A DNA stretch of 64,000 bases from Spirochaetia bacterium (GTDB lineage: Bacteria > Spirochaetota > Spirochaetia > SZUA-6 > Bin103): the NCBI GenBank assembly GCA_965203055.1, contig OZ241863.1, forward strand, positions 3,328,001-3,392,000, read 5' to 3'. Position numbers and translations under genes: made by a program. Numbering within the stretch: the stretch's first letter is position 1; every line of letters starts with the position of its first letter. The notes below the pieces were generated by a model. It did no database searches. It was not told the origin of the DNA and saw nothing but the letters and a program-made list of their open reading frames with translations. Below are positions 28,610-38,396 of the stretch, in pieces.

Positions 28610-30541
28610 CTAGTTCATGGTGCGAAAGAAGAGCTGCTCCATGCCGTAGTCAAGCGCCCGGTCGAAGGGGTAGCCCTCCTTGATCACGTTGCCCAGGTCG
28701 GCGTTGTACACCGTCGGCACCGTCATGCTGCCGGTGGGCCAGATCGACACGTAGTTGCGGCTGAACCAGTCCATCAGGTTGGCGAACGCCGCCTCGCCCT
28801 GCGGTGACTGCGGCGGATACACCTTCCAGGCTTCCCACAGATCGAAGTACTCCTCCATGTAGGCCGGCGGTTCGCGGCCGGTTTCGCCGTTCGAGCGGTA
28901 GTAGAGCCACGACTGGTTCGCCCAGTCGCCCTTGGCGTACGGTCCGAAGTCCTCGGAAATGCCGGGCGCCCAGATCGGGCGGTCGGACCAGTGCACCGTG
29001 GCCATGTGCTCGTTGTTGGCTTGACGCTGGTTCCAGATCTGATTCCCCAGAACGGTGAACGAGGTGCGCACGCCGATCTCCTCGAAGTACTGCTTCATCA
29101 ATTCGCCCACCGTCAGGAAGTCCGGCGACACGTTGGCGGTGATGATGTCGAGGGTGAACCGCGTGCCGTCGGGGCCCAGGCGGAAGCCGTCGCCGTCGCG
29201 CCGGTTCATGCCCGCCGCGTCGAGCAGCCGGTTGGACTGCGCCGGGTCGTAGGCGCGGTCGGTGATGGTGTTCAGCTGGTACTGGCCGAAGTAGACGTTC
29301 TCGTTGACGTCGTCCTTGTCGATGGCCAGCGACAGCGCCTTGCCGAACCGCTTGTCGTTCATCAGCATCTGCCACGTGCTGTCGGGCTTGTCGTGCTCGA
29401 AGTCCTGGTTCAGGAACAGCACCGGCGGGTTGTTGATCGAGCCGTGCAGCACCGTGCGGATGCCCTTGTCCGCGTTCTGCAGATAGATCGGCAGCTCCTT
29501 GAGCTGGGCGTAGCTGGTCACCACGTCATACTCGCCGGCGGCGGTGTTGAGCTTGATCGCCTCCAGGTCGGTGGAGTTTTCGGCGACGATGAAGTCGGCG
29601 TAGGGGAGCTGGTTGCCGGCCACGTCCACCTTCCAGTAGTAGGGGTTGCGCTCCAGCCGGTAGCCGGTGCTGGTGGCCTCGACGCCGACCCAGGGCGCCA
29701 GCGACGGTACGTCCAGCCCGTGCGCGCGGTGAAGCTCCCAGTGCTGCATGTCCTTCTGCTGCACGAGCTGCTCCCAGGTATCCAGCTCCAGCTCATCCAG
29801 GAGCGGCTGAATCTGGTCCATCGGCGTGTAGTCGGCGTGGAACTGCTTGATGAAGTGCGCCGGGCGGAACAGCAGCGTGTAGTCGGGGATCCAGGATGCC
29901 AGGTTGGCCAGGAAGAAGCCGTACGGCACGTCGAACTCCACGCAGAACGACAGGTCGTCGATGATGGTGACCGTCGGCGGGTTGCCGTCGGGGTCGGCGG
30001 CGCGGAAGTAGAAGGTCGGGTAGATGCGCTCGTCGCCGTACAGCTCGAAGGTCATGCGCACGTCTTCGGTGGTGACCAGCTCGCCGTCCGACCAGCGCAG
30101 CCCCTCGCGGATGGTAAAGCAGAACTCCCGGAAGTCGTCGCTGATGTCATACTCGCTGACGACCGCCGGCAGCGGATCCTTGGTGCTCTGATCGGGAGCG
30201 CGCAGGATCGACATGCCCAGCGCCAGGTAGATCTCGTGGACGCCGCTGTTGTTCAGGTTCGGCACCCGGATGGTCCCGCCGTGATTGCCCGGCTCCCAGT
30301 CCAGCCACTGCTCGGAGTTCAACACCCCGGGGCCGACCACGAACGGCTCCGCGGGAATGCGGTCCTCGATCGGCGGCAGGTCGCCGGCGGCCACGCGCGC
30401 GGCCAGCAGCGGCGACTCCTTGAAGTCTTTGGGGGGGGCGTACTTCTGCCGCCCCGTCGGATCCATGGCCCACTGCGCCGACGCAGCGGTGCCGACCGCC
30501 AGCAGCGTCAACGCCGCCAGCAAACGCACAGGTCGAGTCAT
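28610..30541 (-). CDS. ABC transporter substrate-binding protein, family 5
   Basis: SD AGGAGG; signal peptide; LPPIEDRIP, RWSDGELVTTEDV, ERNPYYWKVD. Confidence 0.9.
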   Translation of the reverse strand: MTRPVRLLAALTLLAVGTAASAQWAMDPTGRQKYAPPKDFKESPLLAARVAAGDLPPIEDRIPAEPFVVGPGVLNSEQWLDWEPGNHGGTIRVPNLNNSGVHEIYLALGMSILRAPDQSTKDPLPAVVSEYDISDDFREFCFTIREGLRWSDGELVTTEDVRMTFELYGDERIYPTFYFRAADPDGNPPTVTIIDDLSFCVEFDVPYGFFLANLASWIPDYTLLFRPAHFIKQFHADYTPMDQIQPLLDELELDTWEQLVQQKDMQHWELHRAHGLDVPSLAPWVGVEATSTGYRLERNPYYWKVDVAGNQLPYADFIVAENSTDLEAIKLNTAAGEYDVVTSYAQLKELPIYLQNADKGIRTVLHGSINNPPVLFLNQDFEHDKPDSTWQMLMNDKRFGKALSLAIDKDDVNENVYFGQYQLNTITDRAYDPAQSNRLLDAAGMNRRDGDGFRLGPDGTRFTLDIITANVSPDFLTVGELMKQYFEEIGVRTSFTVLGNQIWNQRQANNEHMATVHWSDRPIWAPGISEDFGPYAKGDWANQSWLYYRSNGETGREPPAYMEEYFDLWEAWKVYPPQSPQGEAAFANLMDWFSRNYVSIWPTGSMTVPTVYNADLGNVIKEGYPFDRALDYGMEQLFFRTMN

Positions 30542-30686
30542 GTCAGTCTTCCTCCTTGCTCGAACACCGTTGTGTTTTGGCCCCAACCGGTGATTCGCCC
30601 CGGCCGGGGGCACGGTGTCGGCCAACCTACCCCGCAAAACCGCTTCCTGTCCAGCCAGCCCGAGCGCGGCTATACGAGGACGCTGA

Positions 30687-30947
30687 TCACGACGGCGCCG
30701 GGCCGCGGTTGCGGCGGGCGGTGTGGATGCTCTGTTCCAGGTCGCGGCCGGCGGCGCGCAGCAGCGCCAGGTCGCCGGCGGCCAGCGCTGGACGAAAGAA
30801 TCCCTCCGGCCACGTTCCGGCGTTCCTGGCGATAGCCTCCTGACAGGCTCGAATGACGAACTGGTTGCGGTTCACGCCCAGACGGCGGGCAATCGCGTCG
30901 ACGCGCTCCAGCAACGGCTGCGGAAAGCGCACGGTGGTGGAAGGCAT
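30687..30947 (-). CDS. Ribbon-helix-helix (CopG-type) antitoxin-like protein, orphan
   Basis: TTVRFPQPLLERVDAIARRLGVNRNQFVIRAC followed by WPEGFF. Confidence 0.7.
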   Translation of the reverse strand: MPSTTVRFPQPLLERVDAIARRLGVNRNQFVIRACQEAIARNAGTWPEGFFRPALAAGDLALLRAAGRDLEQSIHTARRNRGPAPS

Positions 30948-31005
30948 GAACCGAAGTATAGTCCATTCGGGTTGTGGACTGCCGGCGGCGCCCGGTGCCG
31001 GTGAG

Positions 31006-31473
31006 TCAGCCCGCGGCAGTGGGCGCGAACTCGGTGGGGATGCGCTGCAGGCAGGCGAGGGTCTCGGTCCAGTAGTAGATGGTGCGGAAGAAGACCAGCA
31101 GGTCGCCCTGCTCCAGGAGCAGCTTGCGGTACATGAGCGCGCGGCCCGCGTCGTAGCCGTTCAGCACCTCGCGCCAGGCGGCGCAGTCGCCGGCCAGCAG
31201 GAAGCTGCAGCGCGGTTCCGCCGCGGCCCGCGTGGTCAGGGCGGCGCCGGTGCATGCGCCGCGCTCCAACTGCAGCACGATCGCCTCGGGAGCGCCGGGC
31301 GGCAGATCCCGCACCGCCAGCCCGAGCGTGCCGTTGACGGCGGCCTTGGCGCGCTCGACCCACTTCCAGAAGCCCTCCAGCTTGCGCTCGATCGTCGCCT
31401 GGTCGGGACCCTCGTTGATTACCGCGCGCGCCGCCTCGGCCCACCGCGCCGAGAAGAACGGGAGCTTCTCCAT
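31006..31473 (-). CDS. SCP2 sterol/lipid-binding domain protein
   Basis: FFSARWAEA, LQLERGAC, WREVLNG.D..RALMYRKLLL. Confidence 0.65.
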   Translation of the reverse strand: MEKLPFFSARWAEAARAVINEGPDQATIERKLEGFWKWVERAKAAVNGTLGLAVRDLPPGAPEAIVLQLERGACTGAALTTRAAAEPRCSFLLAGDCAAWREVLNGYDAGRALMYRKLLLEQGDLLVFFRTIYYWTETLACLQRIPTEFAPTAAG

Positions 31474-31486
31474 GCGGCCGCCGCCG

Positions 31487-32464
31487 TCAGCCGCCCGCCA
31501 GCAGCGGGTCCATCTGGTCGATCAGCGCCTCGACGTCCGCCGGCAGCGCGGCGCCGAGCAGATTCAGCTTCTTGCGGAGTTGCCGCCCGCGCAACGCCTG
31601 TTCGCGCTGCGCCGACCAGCCGAGCACTTCGAAGGTGACGCGCTTGCCGCCGGTGTTGGAGAACGCCAGCAGCGTGCGCATGGTCTCGTGCAGATCGTGC
31701 ACCAGCCCCGGCTCCTGCCGGAGCAGCTCGCGGATGAAGCGCAACCCGGCCTGCACGTGGCGCGCCTCGTCGCGGCAGGTAGCGGTGAACCCGGCGTAGT
31801 AGCCGGGCAGCACCTTGCGGTCGCGCGCGAACCCCAGCGTGATCTTCATCGATGACAGCGCCAGCACGCCCTCGATCCACAGCATGTAGGTCACCGCGTA
31901 GCGCATCAGCAGGTGGCTGTCGTACGGGTTGCGGCGCAACGCGTCGGTCAGACCGGCGAGCAGGCCGAACGGCCCGGCGAAGGTGTCGTCGACGAAGGGG
32001 AAGGACTGGTCGAGCAGGTCCATGATCCCGGCGCCGGGCATGCCCACCACTTCGCGGTAGAAGCGGTCGAAGAACAGCGTGTGGCGCGCCTCGTCCTCGA
32101 GCTGGCTGGCAAGGAAGATCTGGTAGTCCTCGGGGATGCCCATGAACAGCGGCCCCAGGCACACCGTGACCTGGCGCTCGCCGTGGTGGAAGCCGGAGGC
32201 GACCCTGAGGAACGTCTCCCGCTCCGCCTCCGTAAGGCGCTCGTTCCAGTCGCGGCGGTCGGTGGTGAAGTCGAGCGCGGTCACGTCCCAGCGCTGCTTG
32301 AGGTACTTCTCATACAACCGCAGATAGCTCGGGAACTCGCGGGCGGTGTCGTGCACGTAGTCGAGCAGGTCGTCGATATCGACCTTGCCGATGCCGCGCA
32401 GGTCGGTGTAGGCGAAGCTCGGCTCGGGCGCGGCGGCGCCGCGGGCCGGCGGCGGTTTCGTCAC
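31487..32464 (-). CDS. Ferritin-like dimetal enzyme, R2-like ligand-binding oxidase (R2lox)/RNR small-subunit family
   Basis: Carboxylate/His motifs HGERQV, EDEARH, IEGVLA, RDEARH; no RNR large subunit nearby; GTG start inferred. Confidence 0.75.
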   Translation of the reverse strand: MTKPPPARGAAAPEPSFAYTDLRGIGKVDIDDLLDYVHDTAREFPSYLRLYEKYLKQRWDVTALDFTTDRRDWNERLTEAERETFLRVASGFHHGERQVTVCLGPLFMGIPEDYQIFLASQLEDEARHTLFFDRFYREVVGMPGAGIMDLLDQSFPFVDDTFAGPFGLLAGLTDALRRNPYDSHLLMRYAVTYMLWIEGVLALSSMKITLGFARDRKVLPGYYAGFTATCRDEARHVQAGLRFIRELLRQEPGLVHDLHETMRTLLAFSNTGGKRVTFEVLGWSAQREQALRGRQLRKKLNLLGAALPADVEALIDQMDPLLAGG

Positions 32465-32753
32465 TCTGATGCCGTCGCGGGTACGGAGGATCGCCAGACC
32501 CCGACGGCGCGGCAGGCGTGACGGAGGTTTATCCGTGTACTTCGGTCGGTATCCGTGCCCATCCTTGTCCACCATCAGTCTACCGCAGATTTGGGATTGA
32601 ATCGGAAGCGGCAAAGTGATATGCATTGTTCCCCGCGCCCATCTCGCAAGGGTTGGGCGGGCGCAGGTCAGTGTCAGTCCCGCTCGAACGAATGGTAAAC
32701 GGTTCCCTTTACCGGATCAGAGGCTATCGTCATTGAAATGCAGTAGCAACCGA

Positions 32754-32767
32754 CCCCCCCCCCCCCC
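32754..32767. repeat. C14 homopolymer in the upstream region of the autotransporter
   Basis: 14 consecutive C. Confidence 0.85.
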
Positions 32768-32918
32768 GCGAGGACGATGACAGCGCGAAGGCTTGGCCAA
32801 TGGCACTCCGCCGGTCGCGCTCCTGGTCGAGAAGCTGGTCCGCCATGCCGGAGTTGGCGCCGGAAGCGACCGCGCGGCGCGCGGCGTGAATCAGTCAGCA
32901 GGGTAGGAGTACGTCAAG

Positions 32919-35900
32919 GTGACCGACAATAACAATAAGCTAGCGCTCATGCCTCCCCCCTCAGGCAGGTCCCGCATGGTACGGCGCAGGCGCTCGGTTG
33001 GCGCCCTGCTCGCGCTCTGGGCCGCCGCGGCCGTGGTCTGGTGGGCCGCGCCCGCGGAGCGGGCCATGGCGCAGACCGTCCCCGATACGACGCCGGTGAA
33101 CATCCCCGACGCCAACCTGCGGGCGGCCCTGGAAACCGTGCTGGGCAAGGCTGCCGGAGCGACGATCACCCGTGCGGAGATGGCGGCCGATACCGGGTTC
33201 CTTTGGGGGTCGCCCCCTAGGCGGACGCGGCGCCTCGACCACCGCAACTGGAACAGCCATCTTATTTACCGTCCCAGCCCTTCTATTCCCACTCCCACGG
33301 CCCCCGCTACCGTCATCAGGGATTTGACGGGACTGGAATACCTCACGGCGATCCAGGGGCTCAGTATGATCCGCCACCGGATCACGGACCTCAGGCCGCT
33401 GGCCGGCCTCACCGAAATGCGCCGCCTGTGGCTTGATGAGAACCTGATATCGGACCTCTCGCCGCTACGAGGCCTCCCCCTGGACCAACTGTCCCTCAAA
33501 CTCAACCCGGTCTCGGACCTCTCGCCGCTGGCCGGCATGGTCTGGCTGGCCACCTTCAACTGCGACCAATGCCAAATCTCGGACATCTCGCCGCTGGCCG
33601 GCCTGACGCGCCTCAGATCCCTGGACCTCCAGAACAACTACATCAGCGACATCTCGCCGCTGACCCGCGTCAACGATCTATCGGAGGTGTTCCTCTCGGA
33701 TAATCGCATCTCGGACCTCTCCCCGCTGGCCAACCGCAACCTGCGGACCCTGACCGCCGCCGGCAACCGGATCACGGACCTCTCGCCGCTGCGAAACTCG
33801 CTGAACATGGAAACGCTGGACCTCAATGGCAACCAAGGGCTCAGGGACGTTTCCGTGGTGGAGCGCATGGTCGCGTTGAAGGTCTTGAGGCTGGACGGGA
33901 CCGATGTCAGGGACCTCTCGCCGCTGGTCGCAAACACCGGGCTCGGTTCCGGGGACCAGGTCTATCTGCGCAACCTCCCGAATCTGAACGCCGACGCCGA
34001 ACAGCACGTCGCGACCCTGCGAGGCAGAGGCGTCTCCGTACGGACGAGCAGTCCGCTGCGCGTGGACAAGACGGTGCGGGGCGTGGCCGTGACGCCCGGG
34101 GTGGAGCGGCTGACGGTCACCTGGAACCCGCCGACGGTGGGGTACACCCCCGGATTCCAACGGGTCTATTGGTGGTTCGGGTTCCAAGACCGTTCGTCGG
34201 GCTTCACCCCGCCCCAGCACCATGACGTCCCCGGCGACGCGTCCAGCTACACCATCCCGAACCTCACCCCCGGCGTCGTGTACAAGGTGCAGATTTACCC
34301 TCTCAGTCCCACGGGGGATTTGTCCGCCATAGCCTCCGGCATACCGCTGGCGCCGGCGGTCGAGGACAGCGTGTCCGAACTGAGGGTGCGGCCGGCCGCG
34401 GAGAGCCTGGTCGTTTCGTGGCAGGCGAATGCCCACGCGCACTCCTACCGGGTCCAGTGGCGGCCGTCCGGCGCGCCGGAACTGGACCCCGCCGATCAGG
34501 TCTGCCTCGCTGTCCGCCAGCAAGCCTGCGGCGCCGACGGGCAGACCGGCGCCACCGGCACCGCCGGTTCCCGGGGGACCGTCGCCTGGACCATCGCCGA
34601 GCTCGAAGCGGGCACCGAGTACCGGGTGTTCGTCACTGCCATGCGCGGCAACGAGGCCATCGGCGAAACGGCGGTCGGTCTGGGCACCCCGTATCCGAAG
34701 ACCTTCGTCTCGATTACCGCCGCGGACGGGGCCGCGGGCGTGGTGGAAGGCGGCGACGCGAAGCTGCTGGTCAGGCTGAGCCAGCGCGCCAGAACCGAGG
34801 TGACGGTGACCTGGACCACGCAGGACGGCACCGCCAAGGCGGGTGAGGATTACCGGGAGATGGCCGGCAGCCTGACGTTCCAGCCGAACGAGCAGGAGGC
34901 GGCGTTGACGGTGCCGACGCTGCAAGACCGGCGGGTGGAGCCGGCGGAGACGTTCCGGGTGCTGCTGGCGGAGATCTCGAACGCCGGGCGCGACCCGGAA
35001 GCGGCCGCGGCGACGGTGACGATCACCGACGACGATACCGAGCCGGCGCGGCGCACGGCGCTGAGCATGGTGCTGGCGGGCCTGGGCCGCTGGAGCGCGG
35101 CGGACGCGGTGGCGGCGATCGAGGACCGGTTCCGCGGCCGGCAGGAGGCGGAGGCGCAGGTGAGCGTGAGCGGCCACACCTTGGCCCTGGCGGGAAGCGG
35201 GGCGCCGGGCGCGGCCTGGGCGGCGGCGCCCTCACCCGGCGCGCGGTTCGCCGGCTACCGCCTCGCGTCCGGCGCGCCGGACGCGGTGGGCGCGGGCGCG
35301 CGCCTGGAGCCGTGGATGGCGGGGCCGGAAGGGGACCCGGATGCCCTCCCGCCGGACGCGGCGGCGGCGGAACTGATTTCGCAGAGCCGGTTCAACCTGC
35401 CGCTCAGCCGGCTCAGCCAGCCGGCTGACGGCGCGGGCGGCGGCGCCGGCGGCAACGGGGGCTTGCGGATCTGGGTCCAGGGGGCGGGCGGCGGGTTCGG
35501 CGGCCGGCCAACCGCCGACTTCCGGAGCGAGGGGACGGTGCTCGGAGGGTACCTCGGCATCGACGCCGGCGTGCGGCAGGACGCGCTGGTGGGCCTGGCG
35601 ATGGCCCATAGCCGGAGCGAGGTCGATTACACCCTGGAGTCGGTCACCAGCGGCACCGCGAACCTGACGTTGACGAGCATGCTGCCCTACGCGCACTGGC
35701 GGCCCCGCGCCGGGCTGGAGGTGTGGGGCTTGGCCGGCGTCGGCCTGGGCGACGCGGCGTTGCAGGACGAGGCCGGCAAGGTCGAAACCGACCTGCTGAT
35801 GTGGCTGGCCGCGGGCGGCGTGCGGCAGCAGGTGGCAACCTGGCGCGAGGTGGAGGTGGCGGTGCAGGCCGATGCGTTCCTGACCGAGTTGAAGGCGAGC

Positions 35901-36566
35901 GGCACCGCCGGGCTGCCGCATGCCGCGGGCAACGCCGGGCGGCTGCGGCTGCGGCTCGCGGGCAGCCGGCAGTGGGAGCTCTCGCCGGTGTCGCGGATGA
36001 CGCCGCGCCTGGAAGTGGGCGGGCGCTGGGACGGCGGCAGCGACGATGACGGGCTGGGCGTGGAAGTGGGCGGCGGCCTTGGCTATACCCATACCGACCT
36101 GGGCCTGGAGGTGGAGGCGCAGGGCCGCGTCCTGCTGGCGCACTCGAAGCAGGCGTTCGGCGAGTGGGGCGGCGGGCTGCGGGTGAAGGTGGCTCCGGGG
36201 CAGGCCGGGCAGGGGCCGTGGCTGACGTTCGCGCCCGGCTGGGGCCAAGAGGAGAGCCGCACGGAGCAGATGTGGGACAGCAAGGAAGAGGTGTTCCGCG
36301 GCCCCGGCCGGTCCGGCCGCGGCGCCGCAGCGCCGGCCGCGGCGCCCAACCGGCTGGCGCTGGAGACCGGCTGGGGAGTGGCCACCCACGGCGGCGCGGG
36401 CCTGGTGACGCCCTACGCGGGGCTGTCGCTGGCCGGGTCGGAGCTGAACGACTACCGGCTGGGCGCGCGCCTGAACGCCGGGAGTGGGATGAACCTGGGT
36501 CTGGAAGGCAGGGGCGGACGGCTGCGGGAGTACGAAGTGATGCTCTACGGCCGGTTGGACTGGTAG
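32919..36566 (+). CDS. Internalin-like LRR / fibronectin type III / Calx-beta autotransporter (adhesin-like)
   Basis: IPDANLRAAL cap; repeated N.ISDLSPL LRRs; two FN3 modules; TQDGTAKAGEDY..GSLTF Calx-beta; C-terminal barrel ending YGRLDW; alternative starts 32949/32976. Confidence 0.85.
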   Translation: MTDNNNKLALMPPPSGRSRMVRRRRSVGALLALWAAAAVVWWAAPAERAMAQTVPDTTPVNIPDANLRAALETVLGKAAGATITRAEMAADTGFLWGSPPRRTRRLDHRNWNSHLIYRPSPSIPTPTAPATVIRDLTGLEYLTAIQGLSMIRHRITDLRPLAGLTEMRRLWLDENLISDLSPLRGLPLDQLSLKLNPVSDLSPLAGMVWLATFNCDQCQISDISPLAGLTRLRSLDLQNNYISDISPLTRVNDLSEVFLSDNRISDLSPLANRNLRTLTAAGNRITDLSPLRNSLNMETLDLNGNQGLRDVSVVERMVALKVLRLDGTDVRDLSPLVANTGLGSGDQVYLRNLPNLNADAEQHVATLRGRGVSVRTSSPLRVDKTVRGVAVTPGVERLTVTWNPPTVGYTPGFQRVYWWFGFQDRSSGFTPPQHHDVPGDASSYTIPNLTPGVVYKVQIYPLSPTGDLSAIASGIPLAPAVEDSVSELRVRPAAESLVVSWQANAHAHSYRVQWRPSGAPELDPADQVCLAVRQQACGADGQTGATGTAGSRGTVAWTIAELEAGTEYRVFVTAMRGNEAIGETAVGLGTPYPKTFVSITAADGAAGVVEGGDAKLLVRLSQRARTEVTVTWTTQDGTAKAGEDYREMAGSLTFQPNEQEAALTVPTLQDRRVEPAETFRVLLAEISNAGRDPEAAAATVTITDDDTEPARRTALSMVLAGLGRWSAADAVAAIEDRFRGRQEAEAQVSVSGHTLALAGSGAPGAAWAAAPSPGARFAGYRLASGAPDAVGAGARLEPWMAGPEGDPDALPPDAAAAELISQSRFNLPLSRLSQPADGAGGGAGGNGGLRIWVQGAGGGFGGRPTADFRSEGTVLGGYLGIDAGVRQDALVGLAMAHSRSEVDYTLESVTSGTANLTLTSMLPYAHWRPRAGLEVWGLAGVGLGDAALQDEAGKVETDLLMWLAAGGVRQQVATWREVEVAVQADAFLTELKASGTAGLPHAAGNAGRLRLRLAGSRQWELSPVSRMTPRLEVGGRWDGGSDDDGLGVEVGGGLGYTHTDLGLEVEAQGRVLLAHSKQAFGEWGGGLRVKVAPGQAGQGPWLTFAPGWGQEESRTEQMWDSKEEVFRGPGRSGRGAAAPAAAPNRLALETGWGVATHGGAGLVTPYAGLSLAGSELNDYRLGARLNAGSGMNLGLEGRGGRLREYEVMLYGRLDW

Positions 36567-36670
36567 AGCCGCGATCCACCTGACGCGGCCGGCGTCGCCG
36601 CGCGGTCCGCCGGCGCGCGCGGCGGACCGCGAACAGGACGCCCGTACTGGTCCGCCCAGCCCGGCGGGGA

Positions 36671-37621
36671 CTATTGGCGGGGCGCGGCCCGCTCCGTGCC
36701 GTTGGCGGAGTCGCGTTTGAAGGCGCGGTAGGTCCGCTCGTCGATGCCGGTGGCGGACTGGATCGCCGGCCACCCGAATCCTGCCCGCAGGAGCCCTTCG
36801 ATGGCCTCCGTCAGGCCCTCCTGACGCCCCTCCAGCCGGCCCTCCTGGCGGCCTTGTTGCTTGATTTCCTCGACGTAATTCATGATGTCTCCCTCCGGTC
36901 CCGGTATCTGCCGCTGCAGTTCCTTGGCAAATCGCCCCCGCAACGGTTCCCTTTGGGTCGCCAGCACGTACCACACGAACATGCTCTGCTCCCGACCCCC
37001 GCGGCGCGCCAGTTCGGCCAGCAGCGGCAACGCCCGCGCCAACGCCGGCCATGCCACCGTAGCGCGGTGCGCCAGCCGCCCCTTCAACGTGCCCCGCACC
37101 GCCTCCGGCGCGGTCGCCGAGTGGTCGATCAGCAGGTGCTCGAAGCGCGGCAGCCACCGCCAATCCCGCACCTCACGGGGGAACAACTCCGAGAACTCGG
37201 CGGCGTGACGCCAGCGGCCCTTCCCCAGATAGAACACCATCGGCACGATCGGGCGCAACATGGTCTCCGCAGGAAAGCGGCGCCGGTCGCGTTCCCAGAT
37301 CCGGCAGCAGTATTGCAGCAGCCGCAGGCGCATCCAGCGGTCACGGCGCCGCACCGTGGACTGATGCTCCAGCAGCACGTACAGCCAGGCCGGCGCGCCG
37401 CCGGCGCGGCGCCGGATGGAGTACAGCAGATCGGACTCGGTGGCGCGCAGGTCGGGGGCGATGAAGGCGCTGCTCCGGACGGAGAGGGTGGACCACTGCA
37501 GGCCGTTGGCGACGGCCGGCGGCAGATGGGCGCGCAGCAGGCCGATCGCCTCGGCGGGTTCGCCGAACACGGCGCGGAACAGGTTGTCGTGCGGCTGCGC
37601 CGCCAAGTCGTCGCTAGCCAT
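36671..37621 (-). CDS. Rpn/YhgA-like PD-(D/E)XK nuclease, copy 1 (18-bp in-frame deletion relative to copy 2)
   Basis: PHDNLFRAVF, ESDLLYS, YVLLEHQS, PIVPMVFY; three GRxE repeats. Confidence 0.88.
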   Translation of the reverse strand: MASDDLAAQPHDNLFRAVFGEPAEAIGLLRAHLPPAVANGLQWSTLSVRSSAFIAPDLRATESDLLYSIRRRAGGAPAWLYVLLEHQSTVRRRDRWMRLRLLQYCCRIWERDRRRFPAETMLRPIVPMVFYLGKGRWRHAAEFSELFPREVRDWRWLPRFEHLLIDHSATAPEAVRGTLKGRLAHRATVAWPALARALPLLAELARRGGREQSMFVWYVLATQREPLRGRFAKELQRQIPGPEGDIMNYVEEIKQQGRQEGRLEGRQEGLTEAIEGLLRAGFGWPAIQSATGIDERTYRAFKRDSANGTERAAPRQ

Positions 37622-37991
37622 GCTTCAGACCGGTTCCCGGCTGCCCGCAGGGCGCAGCCTGCGCCGTGCCGTGGGCGCAGTCTCGTTCAAGCCGCCGCGG
37701 CGGTGGCTCCCACCGGCGCGCGCGGAGAAGGGCGGCGGCCGCCGCGGGGCCGGCGAACCCAAAGTGGAGCAGATAGTCGTGGGGTTGAGTCAACGGTATC
37801 ATCATCTCTGACTGGTACAACGGCGCGGCGTCCGCGACGCTTTTCTGTTCGGCGAACTCGTGATGCCGGGAACGAAAGCCGTACCGCGGTCGTGCGTCAG
37901 GGCCGGATCAATGTTCGCCGCCCGCGCCGCCGCCCACTTCCGCGTGCGGAGTCCAGCCGGTGAACGCCTGCCCGGTGGCGGCCAGCCGCAC

Positions 37992-38276
37992 CGCGCGCCT
38001 GGAGCCGGTCACCAGCGGCACCGCGAACCTGACGTTGACGAGCATGCTGCCCTACGCGCACTGGCGGCCCCGCGCCGGGCTGGAGGTGTGGGGCTTGGCC
38101 GGGGTCGGCCTGGGCGACGCGGCGTTGCAGGACAAGGCCGGCAAGGTCGAAACCGACCTGCTGATGTGGCTGGCCGCGGGCGGCGTGCGGCAGCAGGTGG
38201 CAACCTGGGCCTGGAAGGCAGGGGCGGACGGCTGCGGGAGTACGAAGTGATGCTCTACGGCCGGCTGGATTGGTAG
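37992..38276 (+). pseudogene. Fragmented duplicate of the autotransporter 3' region
   Basis: Joins copies of 35297-35312, 35643-35843 and 36499-36566. Confidence 0.85.
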
Positions 38277-38396
38277 GGGGCGGGATCCACCTGACGCTGC
38301 CGGCGGCGCCGGTGGCGCGCCGCGCTGCCGCCGGCTCACGCGCGCGGCGGACCGCGAACAGGGGCGCCGGTACTGGTCTGTCCAGCCCGGCGGGGA

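Noticed and set aside
32636..32660. GCAA-tetraloop hairpin as a c-di-GMP-type riboswitch
   Set aside because: Could not find the remaining conserved elements by eye; needs an Rfam/Infernal search
37992..38276. Possible DGR template repeat for the autotransporter
   Set aside because: No reverse transcriptase in the window; the few differences are not adenine-specific; explained by duplication plus deletions
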